Origin: Octopus sinensis
Taxonomy: Eukaryota
Length of the DNA: 64,000 nt
NCBI RefSeq assembly: GCF_006345805.1
Contig: NC_042998.1
Coordinates: 109,802,001 to 109,866,000, forward strand
Direction: 5' to 3'
The notes under the pieces are model-generated. The model was not told where the DNA came from, ran no database searches, and saw nothing but the letters and a program-made list of their open reading frames with translations. Of this stretch, positions 40,720-54,929 are shown piece after piece (position 1 is the stretch's first letter; every line of letters starts with the position of its first letter). The position numbers and the translations under genes are program-made.

Positions 40720-41345
40720 ATAAAAGTAAGGTCGATGAGCATCTGGGTCTTAAGAACCTTCCGGTTGAGAGAACGAAGTACCATCAATCCTCTTTTCTTC
40801 TTTCTACGCCACACCTCGAATACTGCTGCCCATACAAAAAAAAACATGTCGACAATTGAATCACCCCAGAGATCATTCACTAAAAATATTAAGGGCATGA
40901 CTGAACTCAATTATTGGGACCGTCTGAAAGCATTGAAATGCTTTTCACTCCAGCGCCGCAGTGAGCAGTACACCATTTGCACGATGTGGAGAATATACTA
41001 CCAGCATTGCCCAAACGACCTGAACATTAGCTTCAAAATTCATCCAAGACTAGGACCGCGAGCCATATGTCCCTACTCAATTCAGGATGACAACACATAA
41101 ATACACTGCAACACAATTTCTTTTTTTTTAACTGGCCCTGCCCTATTTAACATTGTCTTCAAACAGATCAAAGAGAAAAAGAGTACCGTCACATTTAAAG
41201 GGAATCTGGACGAATTTATCGAGGAATACCAGCTAAGCTATCTATACCTGGATACAACTCACTCAGCAAGAACTACTCTAAAGGACCATGATACCCCAAA
41301 ACTTGACTTAAAAAGGATTTAGCAAATCCTAACAGGTGGTGCTAT
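40720..41345 (+). mobile_element. CR1/L2-like LINE 3' fragment
   Basis: IESPQRSFTKNIKGMTELNYWDRLKALKCFSLQRRSEQY..MWRI...PND..F..HPRLG (ORF 40648..41100), then FKGNLDEFI, typical of the CR1/L2 ORF2 C-terminus. Confidence 0.8.
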
Positions 41346-41391
41346 CGAAGTTTTATATACATATACGTACATACATACATACATACATACA

Positions 41392-41426
<35 letters not shown>

Positions 41427-41507
41427 GTATATGTACATGCATGTTTATGTGTATATATATATATATGTATGTGTACGTGTATACACATATGAATATATAA
41501 AGTGATA

Positions 41508-41539
<32 letters not shown>

Positions 41540-41648
41540 CATACATACGTACATACACACTCATACGCACACATACATATATGATTTGACTTCGAAGAGA
41601 CAGGCATTAGTTTGCACGCACACACTCACATATGAATATATAAAGGCA

Positions 41649-41715
<67 letters not shown>

Positions 41716-41810
41716 GCATACGTACATACACACTCATACGCACACATACATATATGATTCGACTTCGAAGAGACAGGCATTGGTTTGCACGCACACACTT
41801 ACATACACAC
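41540..41810. repeat. 173-bp-period tandem duplication in TA/CA-rich DNA
   Basis: gacttcgaagagacaggcatt occurs at 41588 and 41761, with the flanking catacgtacatacacactcatacgcacac also duplicated. Confidence 0.85.
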
Positions 41811-42668
41811 ACACACACACGCGCAAACACACAAATCCACACACACACATACCCAAATACACGCATACACACATATACATATATAGCTGTATGTATGCAT
41901 GTATGATAATATATTCATATATATACACTTTACTCCACGTAGCCTCAAAATTTCACATTAAAAAATGTTGAACATTTGATTGTCGGATATTTGATTGACA
42001 TTTCATTTCATTTCGTAATTTCAAATGATGTCTTCTCTCAGCAATATTCTCTAGATACTATTAAAGCTTTTATAGCTTTTGCGTGATTCAACATTTTGCG
42101 TGTATAAAATATGTTATGTTTAAAACTGTTTATTTGTAAATATCTGAATTTTACGTACATATCCAAACGTTCTCCTTTCGATATTTTTCCAACGAATTTA
42201 ATCTATGGGTATTTAACAAATACTAATGGCTTCAAACTCATATTTAGCATCCATTAAAATCTAATAACTTTGAACTTCTATATAATGTTCTTTTTAAGGC
42301 TTTTACTGCTTTTTAAAAATTACAATCACAATTTTTATTAATTGTCTTCGGTTATGTAATTATACAAAACACAAAAACGGTATTTTTATGTGTATAGACG
42401 TGTTTCTATGAAAACTCATAAGCGAAATTATATATGCATGCGTGTGTACAGCTGCAGAAAACAGACTGTGGGTTTGCACAATCATACACATGTATACACA
42501 CACACACACACACGCACATATATATATATATATATGACATATAGATACACACACACACACACATATATATGTATAGATGCGTGTGCGTATAAATGTATAT
42601 ATGTATAGATGCGAGTGCGTATATATATATATAATTATATATATATGTATGCATACACACACACACAT

Positions 42669-42726
<58 letters not shown>

Positions 42727-43439
42727 CAGATACACACTCGCACGTGCACATATATGGTGGTTGATTTCAATGATTAAATCTGAACTACAAAGCAAGTCAG
42801 ACAATGATATTAAATTTGCACGTGATTCGGTACCTTCTGGCAGTATTGAACCATGGTTCAAGAATTCTAAACAAGCAATAATATTTACAATAATCATTAA
42901 CGATTTCTAAGTTTGACACAAGACCTCATATTTACTGCAGAGACGTCAAATTGATTGAATTTATCTTACACTAGTTTATAAATGTTGATTATTTGTGGCA
43001 ATGAAAGGACTGAACGTGATTTCTTTTGTTGTTCTTGATATTCCTCCCAAAGATACCATCTCTATTTTGTTGCCCGAACGGTGTTTAGAAAATTTGTTTA
43101 GTTACAAAGGAGTTATGCTCATGGACATTGCAGACATTCTGTGACCGCTGAGATCGATACAGTTAATATCCTCTTCGACAGTTTCAAGTCTATGCATGAC
43201 AAGGAAGGAGATTCTAGAGAGTTTTGGAGAGTGTTTGGTTTGTTTTAGATACGATATAAATAACAAGTGATTCGCTAGAAATAGGACCTAGATGTCACTC
43301 AAGCTTCACATATTGGATAATTTAATTCCACATGATATGAATCTTGTTCATTTGAACTCATGGCATACAGCGACATTAACTAGGCAAACAATTTCCTTCC
43401 GAACATAATGTGATTACCCATAGAGAAAGCATGTCATCT

Positions 43440-43440
43440 G

Positions 43441-43479
<39 letters not shown>

Positions 43480-43484
43480 TCATA

Positions 43485-43529
<45 letters not shown>

Positions 43530-43599
43530 ATATATTTATATAAATATATATGTATACATATATATATGTATATACATACGCATATAATATATATGTATG

Positions 43600-43630
<31 letters not shown>

Positions 43631-43633
43631 ACA

Positions 43634-43669
<36 letters not shown>

Positions 43670-43771
43670 CACTCATATATATGTATATATATATATGTAT
43701 GTATATATATTTATATAAATATATATGTATACATATATATATGTATATACATACGCATATAAATATATATG

Positions 43772-43810
<39 letters not shown>

Positions 43811-43859
43811 GTATATATATATATATATATATACATATATGCACATACATATATATATG

Positions 43860-43913
<54 letters not shown>

Positions 43914-43920
43914 CACACAC
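43440..43920. repeat. TA-rich compound satellite with a ~190-bp higher-order repeat
   Basis: actcatatatatgtatata...tttatataaatatatatgtatacat...catacgcatata recurs at 43478 and 43671. Confidence 0.8.
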
Positions 43921-44226
43921 ACGGGTGCATATAAATGTGCGTGTGTGCAAGTGTGTGCGGGCTTATGTCAGTTTTAATATTTAGCAATAAAACGTAAATA
44001 AAATGTTATAATCTTTGATTCAATTATCCTTTAATGGAAGTATTTTGGTATCGTAGCAGACAATAAATTAAGGAATCAATCAAGTACTTTGTTACATATC
44101 TAAGACCTTTCAGAAATTCTGTCTCTATAGATTGATCAATAGAGAGGTATATAAATGCATGCATGTATTTATGTATCTGAGTATATAAGTTTGCTCACAC
44201 ACACACACACACTAACATACATATGT

Positions 44227-44262
<36 letters not shown>

Positions 44263-45871
44263 TTATATATATACACCTAAAATATGATATATATACGATA
44301 TGCAATATATATATATAATTATGCACAGTATATGTTATAAATATATTATAGTATAATATTACGTGTGTGTGTGTGTGTGTTTGTGTGTGTGTGTTTGTAT
44401 TCAGTACATTATTGTACAGGTGATTCAAAACTCTGTTTAGCATTAATTATGAATAATAACCGGTTAACTACTGAAATTGGTTGAAATAATTTAAGTTACT
44501 GAACGATCAACTCGTCTCATTTTGTCTTCATCCCTCGTTCACATGATCTACGCTGAGACCTCTTAATTTCATTAAACCACTGCTTTGGCGCCAGTACAGC
44601 TGTCTCCTTCCTTTGTTAAGATGTTAAAACTATAATTTAAAGCAGGTTTAGCTGTTTTTTCTTGTAGATTAAGCGATTATGAAGCGTTTGTTTTTTTTCA
44701 TTGCTTGTGACCTAATAGTTTAGTTCTAAGTCATACCTGATTGAGTACATCTATAACTAAGTTGTTCCAGTCCATCTATAACTAAGTTGTTCCAGGAGCT
44801 AGAGTTTATCGTATTATAAGATACTAATCCTGCGTCTTCTCGTGTGTCGAACGAGTATGCAGATGTTCCCGCATTCGCTCATAGTTAAGAGAAACGTTTA
44901 TTGCATTAGGGAATGTGCGTTGTTTTTCGTTGTAAATACAGGACTGTAGAACAACAAATTCAGCAAAGTATTGGACAAAATATCTTGAGAGCTTCGTTAC
45001 AACGGTATTACGTTTGGAAATAACATCCGGCCTATTGTCACTTCGGGCTCAATTAATAAAATCTGAATCAAGCATTGGAGTCGATATAATCAACTATGAC
45101 CATCACTCAAAATATGAATTCATGTATCTATTTGAAAAAACATTATTGTGTAACCCCAGGTAATCCAAGAACCTGAAAATCATTGATCGGATGCATTATA
45201 GCGGCCATCATTCCGCAAGTTTTTCACATCAGGGTATCTATTGTCCTCCGTAATTTTAAAAAAAATGTTTAAAAATTTATTTACAATTAAGAAAGTAGTA
45301 TGTAATTTGAAAGAGATAAAATTAGGTTATTCGAGCGATTACATTGAATTTAACTGATTGGCTGGTGTGTATATGTAAGTTTCACAATTATCTATTTCAA
45401 GAATTTATACATACATCCATCACTGCCTTTCTTTATAGACGTTTGTTACCTTTATAAAATGCAACTAACTTACATATAAAACTTCACAGAAATATGTTCA
45501 TTAACCATTAAAATTTTACTTCATTGATATAGAAACAACCTTTGACACTTTATAACATCGAATCATGTAATTGTGTTTGTTAACTGTAAAGTTCCATGTT
45601 TGTTACAAACAGACTTTATCAAACGATGTGGAATATCGTGTTTGTTCTCATCATTTTAAGTAAATCTTCATGTTTACCTTCTATTATACGAGGTTGCGCT
45701 ACAATTATATGACTTGACATTTTTCACGCTCGCTATTTCTTATGCAATCAACGAAGTGACATTATGTTGAACAAGATTCAGCATACAAGTTTATAGCTAT
45801 ATATGTCACACTTAAGTTTAAAATTGATATATGACTTCTGCCTTCTTACTTGCCTACCTATCTACCTACTC

Positions 45872-45960
<89 letters not shown>

Positions 45961-47440
45961 CCTATCTATCTATCTATCTATCTATGTCTGTCTGTCTGTC
46001 TGTCTGTCTGCTTGCCTGTCTGTCTGTCTACTTGTTTGTATTGTACCTCTCTGTCTCTGTCTGTCTGTCTGATTGTTTCTCTCTTTCTCTTTTCATTTAC
46101 CTGTCTGTCTGTCGGTCTATCTTTCTCTGTCTATCCATTTTTGCTAGTCTTTCTTTCTTAGATTACCCAAACGAATAATTCTATGGTTTTGGCATTTTTA
46201 TCAAATAGTTCTTATTTAGTTTCAGAAATGCATTTTAATGTCGCAGTACAGTAATAAGCAGAGCTGTAGTAAAAGTCCGGCAACAAGAACACAACAAGGG
46301 TTTAGAGCCGGCTGTCTTTAATACTATTTCTTTCAGTCACCTCTGTCTCTTTTCATTTATACACAGTCTCGGTGGCCCTAAAAACAGATTCGAGTGTTGC
46401 ATTCCGCCTTTGACCAAGTAAATAGAAAAGTGAATCAGTAGGACTAGATTGTTCAGAATGTCCTTAATTTTTCCATGATACTGTTTGAGGGAGATTTGTC
46501 TATCATTTCTAGCAAATAAAGTGACCATGTTGACGCCCCCGTATTGACTGTACTATTTATCCTCCGATAATGGTGGCTTGACTTTCAAGTTATATACCTT
46601 GAGTGGATCTTAAGTGAAACTATAGCTTCTCTAGACATTGGCCCGTGGCCAATGTGAGAAATCGCTTATAAACGGCCATATTAATCATTGCTCTGAAATC
46701 AATTCTCACTTCGTTAGCAATAGAATACGCCATCCTCCCCAATGTTTTCAATCTTTAGTCTTGTAAACAAGTAAATAGTTTCTATCTAATTACGATTTTT
46801 TTCAATTATTAAAGACCTCGTCGACATCTATCACTGATAGCGAAGATTACCAGAGTTCTTAATAGGACAAGTATCTTTCAACAACTTTACTTCTACACAG
46901 TGAGCTCCTCGCTCCACCCATATCTCATGCAATCTCTATCACTATAAGCAAACGGCACCAAGAAACTGATATTTATTTTTAGCATTGAAATAAATACGCC
47001 TATCATGACAAATTGCTGACTATCAGTGGTGCAAATTGTCCATTTAATACATAGTCATACTTAATTACATGATCTATTAATGTAATTGATGTTCGCTCGT
47101 TTAAATCCTCTTAATAATTACACTTTACTACTTCCTTCTGACTGTCGGAAATGTCTTCAGCCAGGCACCTTAAGTCACGTACCAAATATATGTTCCATAC
47201 TTCTTAAACAGAAATATAGCAATACCGAACGCCACTTCTGCAATCATTTATAAATCCTTGAAAAGAACTTTTTAAGTTTCTGCTTCATTTTCGTGAGCAT
47301 ACATTGTATTTTCTGGTAACCTTTAGCATATTTTTTCACAGTTTAAATATTTATCTTCATAATCCCAAATGAAGTTTGAATTCAGCTAAATGAAATTCAG
47401 CTTATTTTAAAGATAACGATAAACGTTTTTACATTTTCAC

Positions 47441-47469
<29 letters not shown>

Positions 47470-47475
<6 letters not shown>

Positions 47476-49036
47476 TAAGAAAGTTTGTTTGGTAAAGCAC
47501 GTGGGTGAATATATAAGAAAATAGTAAAGTGTGAAAAAACGACAGAAGGCTTAAATGTTAAAAAATATATATATTTGTGTCAAAATGTCTAGAGAATATT
47601 GGAAAAATTTTTTTTTTTTTTCCCCTTTCCTTAAAATGACATAATTTTAAAATTTTTAAAGAAATTACCGGTTTCGCGTGTAGCTTTTCAAATTTCTTGT
47701 GACGTTATGTTTATATTGCATGGAATTATCGTTGTTTTTATTTCCAGGAGATTTCTAAATAAGGGGAGGTAGTGAGTGATTTTTTCCGGTGTAGGGGAGA
47801 TAATCGCTTAAAAATTTTTTTTTCCCTTTTCCTTGTTAATTTCTCTGTGTCAGTATGTTCGGATGGTTGAGTCTGGGTTTGTACTTTTCAATGAAGAATG
47901 TTTCCTTGTTCAGTCTCATTTGTGTTGATGATCCGAAAGCACATTGGTAAAATGGGAAGATTAAAAATTGTGGCAGTAGTTGCTTTGCGCATTTCTCAAT
48001 GTGCTCACTAAAAGGTATCATTCTATATTCTGGGAATGCAATCTGTTGTCGATGCAGTGTGCATCTGCGCCTGAGTGATAGTCCCGTGGAACCCACGTAG
48101 TCTTGGTGGCAGCCCGAGCATTTAATAACATAAATTATGTTTTCAGAGGCACAAGTAAAGTTAGATTTGATCTTAAATTTCTGTCCCTCTTTAAAGAAGA
48201 ATTCTGATCCTTCCAATAGGTTAGGACATGTTGCACAGTTCGATCTACCACATTTTTTTACTTTTGCATCCGTAATTTTAGAAGATAATTTTGCCTTTGT
48301 GAGAATCTTTTTAAGTGATTTAGGCTGTTTGTAGCTTTTAATGATTTGGTGTATGTTTAGAATTTCCTTTAATTTTGGGTTTTTATGAAAAAATGTCTGT
48401 TTCTATTTTAAGGTTAATTTTTTTAATTAGTATATCCAAGAACGGGAGCTCCTTTTGGTTGTATTCCATTGTGAACTGTATATTTGGGTTTATGCTGTTC
48501 AATAGGTTTTTAAATTTTAGGAGTTTATCTATGTTTTCATTCCAGAGAATGAAACAATCGTCTAGGAATCGTTTCCAATTCTCTTTTATGTATTGAGAGA
48601 GGGAGTTTCCAAAGATTGATAGAGATTCCTGGTAAATGATTATTTCCATGTATCCCATTGTTAAGTTCGCAATGACTGGTGCTGCCCTTGTACCCATAGC
48701 AATTCCGGATTTTTGATGGTAAAATGTATTGTCAAACATGAAGTGGTTATTGTGTAGGATGAATTCAATTGATTTAGTAATGAATTCCTTACTGATCCTT
48801 TTTGGTATTTCTTCCGGAAATTGGTCTAACCAGAATTGTATTGCCTCCAGTCCATAATTATGAGGTATACTGGTATACAAGTTGACTACATCAAATGAAA
48901 CCAGGATTGTTTCTTCCTTGGTTTTTTTTGGAAGGTGGTTTAACATATCTAAGTCATCTCTGATATGGCTATCGATATGTTTATGGAAGGGTTTCAAGAG
49001 AAAGTCCATAAGTAGACTTAGTCTGTGTGTTTCACA
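47470..49036 (-). mobile_element. Penelope-like retroelement (RT + GIY-YIG), 5'-truncated with an internal deletion
   Basis: ORF 48383..49009: SFDVVNLYTSIP, GIAMGTRAAP, WKRFLDDCFILW, LPFLDI. A downstream frame (about 48385-47836) has KSYKQPKSLKKIL, CGRSNCATC, IYVIKC..C..DYVGST...R...H, and E..FI....P.LN. Both frames are free of stops. Confidence 0.92.
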
Positions 49037-52000
49037 GTATACCAGTATACCTCATAATTATGGACTGGAGGCAATAATTATGGACCGGATTGATAATACA
49101 TTATTACGTCTTGTATGTGAATTTTCCGTTTCTTGTGTTTCTGTTAAATTTTTGGAACATTATATCTATGTATGTGTGTGTGTGTGTGTGTGTGACTGTT
49201 CATTTTTAGTATTCTTGTTTTGCTGACTCTGGTGCCTAAGGGTGCAATTTTTGTACAGTGTGCTACGATGTGAAGTGCGCCGTTTATATACTTTCTTAGT
49301 TTATTGTAATTCATTGTAGGTTGAACTGTCAAACTGGGGCTTGTAGAAGTGGCATAGTCCATGATGGAGCTCATGTATGTAAACATTTGATGCTGTCCAT
49401 TTTGTTTTTATTTAATATAATATATTGTGATTGCTCTGAGTATGTTTGTGCATTGTTTTACTTTGTTTACTGTCTTTTATGTGTGTTGTGAATGCTACGG
49501 GATATATGTAACTCGTTGTATTTTTATTCACTCTGTGTACTGTATGGTTATATTCTAGAGTGTGATGGCTGGCTTAATTTGGTATTCGCTGCTGTCGCTT
49601 TTACGAGATGACACAGTGGATTAGGCATAAAGCGGAGATAATAGGTTTCTATGTATTGTATGTAATTTATGTTGGACTAGAGTAGTTGTGTTGCAGTTTC
49701 TAGAGAATTGTGGAAGGATATGAATGTGGAGAGAGCTGCGTATAAAGTTCAAGATTAATCCTGACAGGGAGGATCTCGGATCAAAAGAGATCCATCTTTG
49801 ACCTTTGCTTCTAAATTTTGACACATTTTATCTAGAATTGTTTCTTACTAATTTTTAAGTTCATAATGGGTTAGGGTTTGGTTTGAGGTACATTTGGTGG
49901 CTGTAATAGAGAAGGTAGATCGACAACGTAGCGGTACTTTTCTTTTTCATAGTATATCTAGAATTACATTATTTAAGATGTATTTTCTGTTTTTTTTTTT
50001 AAGATGGCAAAGTATGATTTAATGGAGATATAGTTGAAATTTGTAACAGATTGTATGATCAAATAGAGGCTCACTTGTATTCTTATATTCCTGTTGAATC
50101 GATTATTCCGTCCTCTAAGAACATTAACCTAGCATCTGATCAAGAGATCATCTAAAAAGGAATGTATCTCTGCTCTGTCTTTATTTAGGCACATACTCAC
50201 TGCAAGATGTAGTCGACTTTTAAAATAGGTAGGATGCAGAGAGGTTAACTTACTGGAATTTTTTTGTAGTTTGCTGAATTCAAATGTTTTTATATCCTTT
50301 AATGATTCAGTTATTTCTAATTTAGGCAGAACGCCAGGAAATGATATTTAAGTTAAATGTTAAATCCTACTAACAAGTTAAAGAAATCATCCTTAAGAAA
50401 GACATGTTCTTATGTGCTCCATGTGATACATGATGTACCACAAAACCAAATATAGACAACCAAATTAAATTTTAAGTTAAATAACGAATTTTGCTATCAA
50501 ATCAAGTCAAACAGTCTCCTCTTTAAAAAATATATTCTTTTTAGGACTATCTTTCTGCGCCTGTGAGTAACGTGGTTCGTGTTAATCAATAAATCACGCG
50601 ACGCCGTCTTAGATTAAGAGATGTTGGTCATTATTGAACAGTACGTCCGTTTGGTTCATCTAACATTCACGAAATTTATAGTTACGAAGAAATATCATTT
50701 ACCTTTTTTTGTTCTTCTTTAAAGACAACATGCGTATGCGTGTGTGTGTGTATGTGAGTGTGTGTGTGTATATGAGTTTGTTGTGCAGGTATGTGTGTAC
50801 ATGTGTGTGTGTGCGTGTATGTGTTTGAATGTTTGTGTGTATGCACGCTTGAGTATTTGTACATGTAATATAGTTAGTTACATACATACCTGCATGTATA
50901 CACATAAGCTTCATTGTATATTTATATCAAATAATTAGAATTTTAATATGTAAATATACACAATCAAGAATGATAGAAAGTGACAATGTATGTAGGTTCC
51001 TTATGCTACCCAATTTCATTCGTTTAATGCATTTTATTAGAAATACATGATCAAAAATGCTTGAACAAAGCAATAAAATACGATAAAATGTATTTCTATA
51101 TTTACTGAACCTATTCTAATATGATATTATGTTCTGTACAAATAAAGTGTCACCCAAGTTCGATAAATAATTTCATAATCATGTAAAACGGTTAGGTTAT
51201 TATAAAACTAATATTATTAAAAAAAAGGTAATAAAATATTGCAATAAACAAATTAAAATAAAAGAAAGCAAAAAGTCAGCAAAAAAAAAAAAGGGATTTA
51301 AAACGTCGTGTCAGAAAAAAAAAATGATTTATAATAGCTTCAGATATGCTGTTTTGTTGTTCATAGTTTGGGCCGAGTGAAATGAATGTGTGGAGAATAT
51401 ATTGTTAAAGACGCTAGCTTTTATTTTGCTTAAGCTAATGCATTTCCTACTGTCTACAAAAGAAGAGTTCTCTGAAATTAATTCATTAAGCATGTGGCAT
51501 GATATGTCATAGTCGTTTAAACTATGCCTACTCACTAGAGACACAATTATAGCATCAACAGCCTTACCGTCCCTTCTCACGTGCAGTTATCTAATTGTTG
51601 TTTTCTAGAAGCAATGGGTAAAAATTACTAATAACGAACAAAAACAAAACCTCTACATAAAATGACACTTATTGCCAATGTGGTGACATTTTCCAACGAC
51701 GTTCTGTGTTTCATTAGTCTATTTTTCTTATTATTTCCTTAGCGGCGTAAAAGAAGACTGATGAATATGAAGGAAAGGGAATTAGGAGCTGGTAGTTAGA
51801 GGCTGGGGGGGAGAAAAGGGAAACAAGTAAAAGGTGTCAAGACAGAAAGGAAATTACTGTATGTTGAACAAAATCCGTTGTTTTACTGTTTCTTGTATCA
51901 GGTGATATAAACAATCAACTTGACATTTATTTATTAGATACAGCTTGTATATGAATTTAGTCAGTTAATTTACGTTTCACATTTGTTATATATGCAGTAC

Positions 52001-52328
52001 ATACGTATGCTCACAAATATATATATGTATATATAAAAGCACATACATATATGCAAGACGACTTATACGTTGTAACATGTTAATTAAAGATGTGTAATTC
52101 TCCATCCTTTATCGTGCTTTTGACGTATGCGCATACACACACATATATAAATATGTGCGTGTGTGTGTATATATATGCGTAAATATATATATGTATATAT
52201 ATATACACATATATCTATATAAGTTTATACATACATACAGCTAGAGAAGCACGCAACGCATACATACGCACACATAGTTATACATGTAACGTATATAAAG
52301 ACATAAATACACATAAGCAAATTCACAG

Positions 52329-52339
<11 letters not shown>

Positions 52340-52386
<47 letters not shown>

Positions 52387-53429
52387 TGTACATGCACATG
52401 TTAAATATATATATACAACTGATTGTATAGCTAGCAAACCAAAATACCTGAATAGTCATATTTCAATGACTGGATAAATTGCAACACAATCCATATAGCC
52501 GACGGTGAATATGACTGGGAATAATTCTTTAGTTTATATATTGTGATCTGTATCTTCCCTCGCTATCTCTCTCACTCTCTTTTGTGTACATAACTATTTA
52601 TGCACGCATATATTATGTATATATGTATATACACCCACCCCACACATATATCTATACATATATACACACATACATACATATATATATCTTTATATTACAA
52701 GAAATAAGGTACTCAGAAATCTGGATGGTTTTATATTTATAGTTTTTTATTGATATGTCACATGTATTTCTAAATCATATATAACAGCGCTTGCAACTAC
52801 TCTAGTAGAATCTTCAGATTTGAATGTGTTTGAGATGATTTCTCTCTTTTATAGTATTATTGAGCGTGTATGGGGTGGAGAGAGATATAGGATAGTAAAA
52901 GAGGGTGAGGAATGGGGAAAAAGTGTGTGTGTGTGAGAGAGAGAGAGAGTGTGTGTGTGTTTGTGTGTGTGTCTATGTATTTTTGTGTGTGTATACGTGT
53001 GTGAATGTTTCTGTGCCTGTGTATCTGAAAGAAGTGTCAATGGAAAAGAGAAGGAAAGAAAGAAGGAAGAGAGAAAGAAGTACAAATTTTGTTTACATCT
53101 TTACAGCTGGTCAGTTCTTTCAACAGAAAGCGATGAGTTGATTCTTGGCCTTTAAAAATGGTTGAACCAGGTGGCTACTCTGAGGGGGTCTTGATAAACG
53201 TTATTCAGAGTAGCCACCTGTCTTACTATTTTCAAAGGCCAAGAATCAACTCATCACTTTCTATTGAAAGAACTGACCAGCTGTAAATATGTAAACAAAT
53301 TTATTTTCTACTTTCTCTCTTCCTTCTTTCTTTCCATCTCTTTTCCATTGACACCTCTTTCAGATACACAGACACGTACACATACACACACACGCGCACA
53401 CACACACACACACACACAAACACAAACAC

Positions 53430-53487
<58 letters not shown>

Positions 53488-54528
53488 TGTACATGCACAT
53501 GTTAAATATATATATACAACTGATTGTATAGCTAGCAAACCAAAATACCTGAATAGTCATATTTCAATGACTGGATAAATTGCAACACAATCCATATAGC
53601 CGACGGTGAATATGACTGGGAATAATTCTTTAGTTTATATATTGTGATCTGTATCTTCCCTCGCTATCTCTCTCACTCTCTTTTGTGTACATAACTATTT
53701 ATGCACGCATATATTATGTATATATGTATATACACCCACCCCACACATATATCTATACATATATACACACATACATACATATATATATCTTATATTACAA
53801 GAAATAAGGTACTCAGAAATCTGGATGGTTTTATATTTATAGTTTTTTATTGATATGTCACATGTATTTCTAAATCATATATAACAGCGCTTGCAACTAC
53901 TCTAGTAGAATCTTCAGATTTGAATGTGTTTGAGATGATTTCTCTCTTTTATAGTATTATTGAGCGTGTATGGGGTGGAGAGAGATATAGGATAGTAAAA
54001 GAGGGTGAGGAATGGGGAAAAAGTGTGTGTGTGTGAGAGAGAGAGAGAGTGTGTGTGTGTTTGTGTGTGTGTCTATGTATTTTTGTGTGTGTATACGTGT
54101 GTGAATGTTTCTGTGCCTGTGTATCTGAAAGAAGTGTCAATGGAAAAGAGAAGAAAGAAAGAAGGAAGAGAGAAAGAAGTACAAATTTTGTTTACATCTT
54201 TACAGCTGGTCAGTTCTTTCAACAGAAAGCGATGAGTTGATTCTTGGCCTTTAAAAATGGTTGAACCAGGTGGCTACTCTGAGGGGGTCTTGATAAACGT
54301 TATTCAGAGTAGCCACCTGTCTTACTATTTTCAAAGGCCAAGAATCAACTCATCACTTTCTATTGAAAGAACTGACCAGCTGTAAATATGTAAACAAATT
54401 TATTTTCTACTTTCTCTCTTCCTTCTTTCTTTCCATCTCTTTTCCATTGACACCTCTTTCAGATACACAGACACGTACACATACACACACACGCGCACAC
54501 ACACACACACACACACAAACACAAACAC

Positions 54529-54560
<32 letters not shown>
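52340..54560. repeat. ~1.1-kb tandem duplication with breakpoints in (CA)n
   Basis: Landmarks recur at offsets of 1101 (acatattgta 52381/53482), 1100 (tctagtagaa 52801/53901; gtatctgaaa 53021/54121) and 1099 (tcttactatt 53221/54320). Confidence 0.92.
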
Positions 54561-54562
<2 letters not shown>

Positions 54563-54737
54563 TTTCTTCCCATTCCTCATCCTCTTTTACTATCCTATAT
54601 CTCTCCCCACCCCTACACACTCAATAATACTATAAAAAGAGAGGAATCATCACAAACACATTCAAATCTGGAGTCTACTAGAGTAAATGCAAGCGCTAAT
54701 ATATGATCTATAAAAACATGTGACATATTAATAAAAA
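53845..54737. repeat. Fold-back element with ~435-bp imperfect inverted arms and a 21-bp spacer
   Basis: Arm 53845-54282 is the reverse complement of 54304-54737 (e.g. ggtggctactctga / tcagagtagccacc; cagctggtcagttctttcaa / ttgaaagaactgaccagctg; tgatatgtcacatgt / acatgtgacatatta). A truncated copy lies at 52745-53440. Confidence 0.85.
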
Positions 54738-54929
54738 TCTGTATGAGTTCGTGTGCTGAAGCATATTCTGTTATGCCTGGGTAGTCATTTTCTTTTTGTG
54801 CCTTATAATTTAACATACTCACCGGTAAAATTTACACTTATTTCTTATTTTTATTTTCCTAGAATTTTCGTTGCGTCTTGCAACCTTTTCAATAGTCTTG
54901 ACTCTGTCCGTTATTTACACTGCGTTCCT

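Noticed and set aside
44748-44795. CRISPR-like repeat pair (also 29683/29724 and 58193/58274/58319)
   Set aside because: Only two or three copies, no unique 25-45-bp spacers, no cas genes, and a eukaryotic context.
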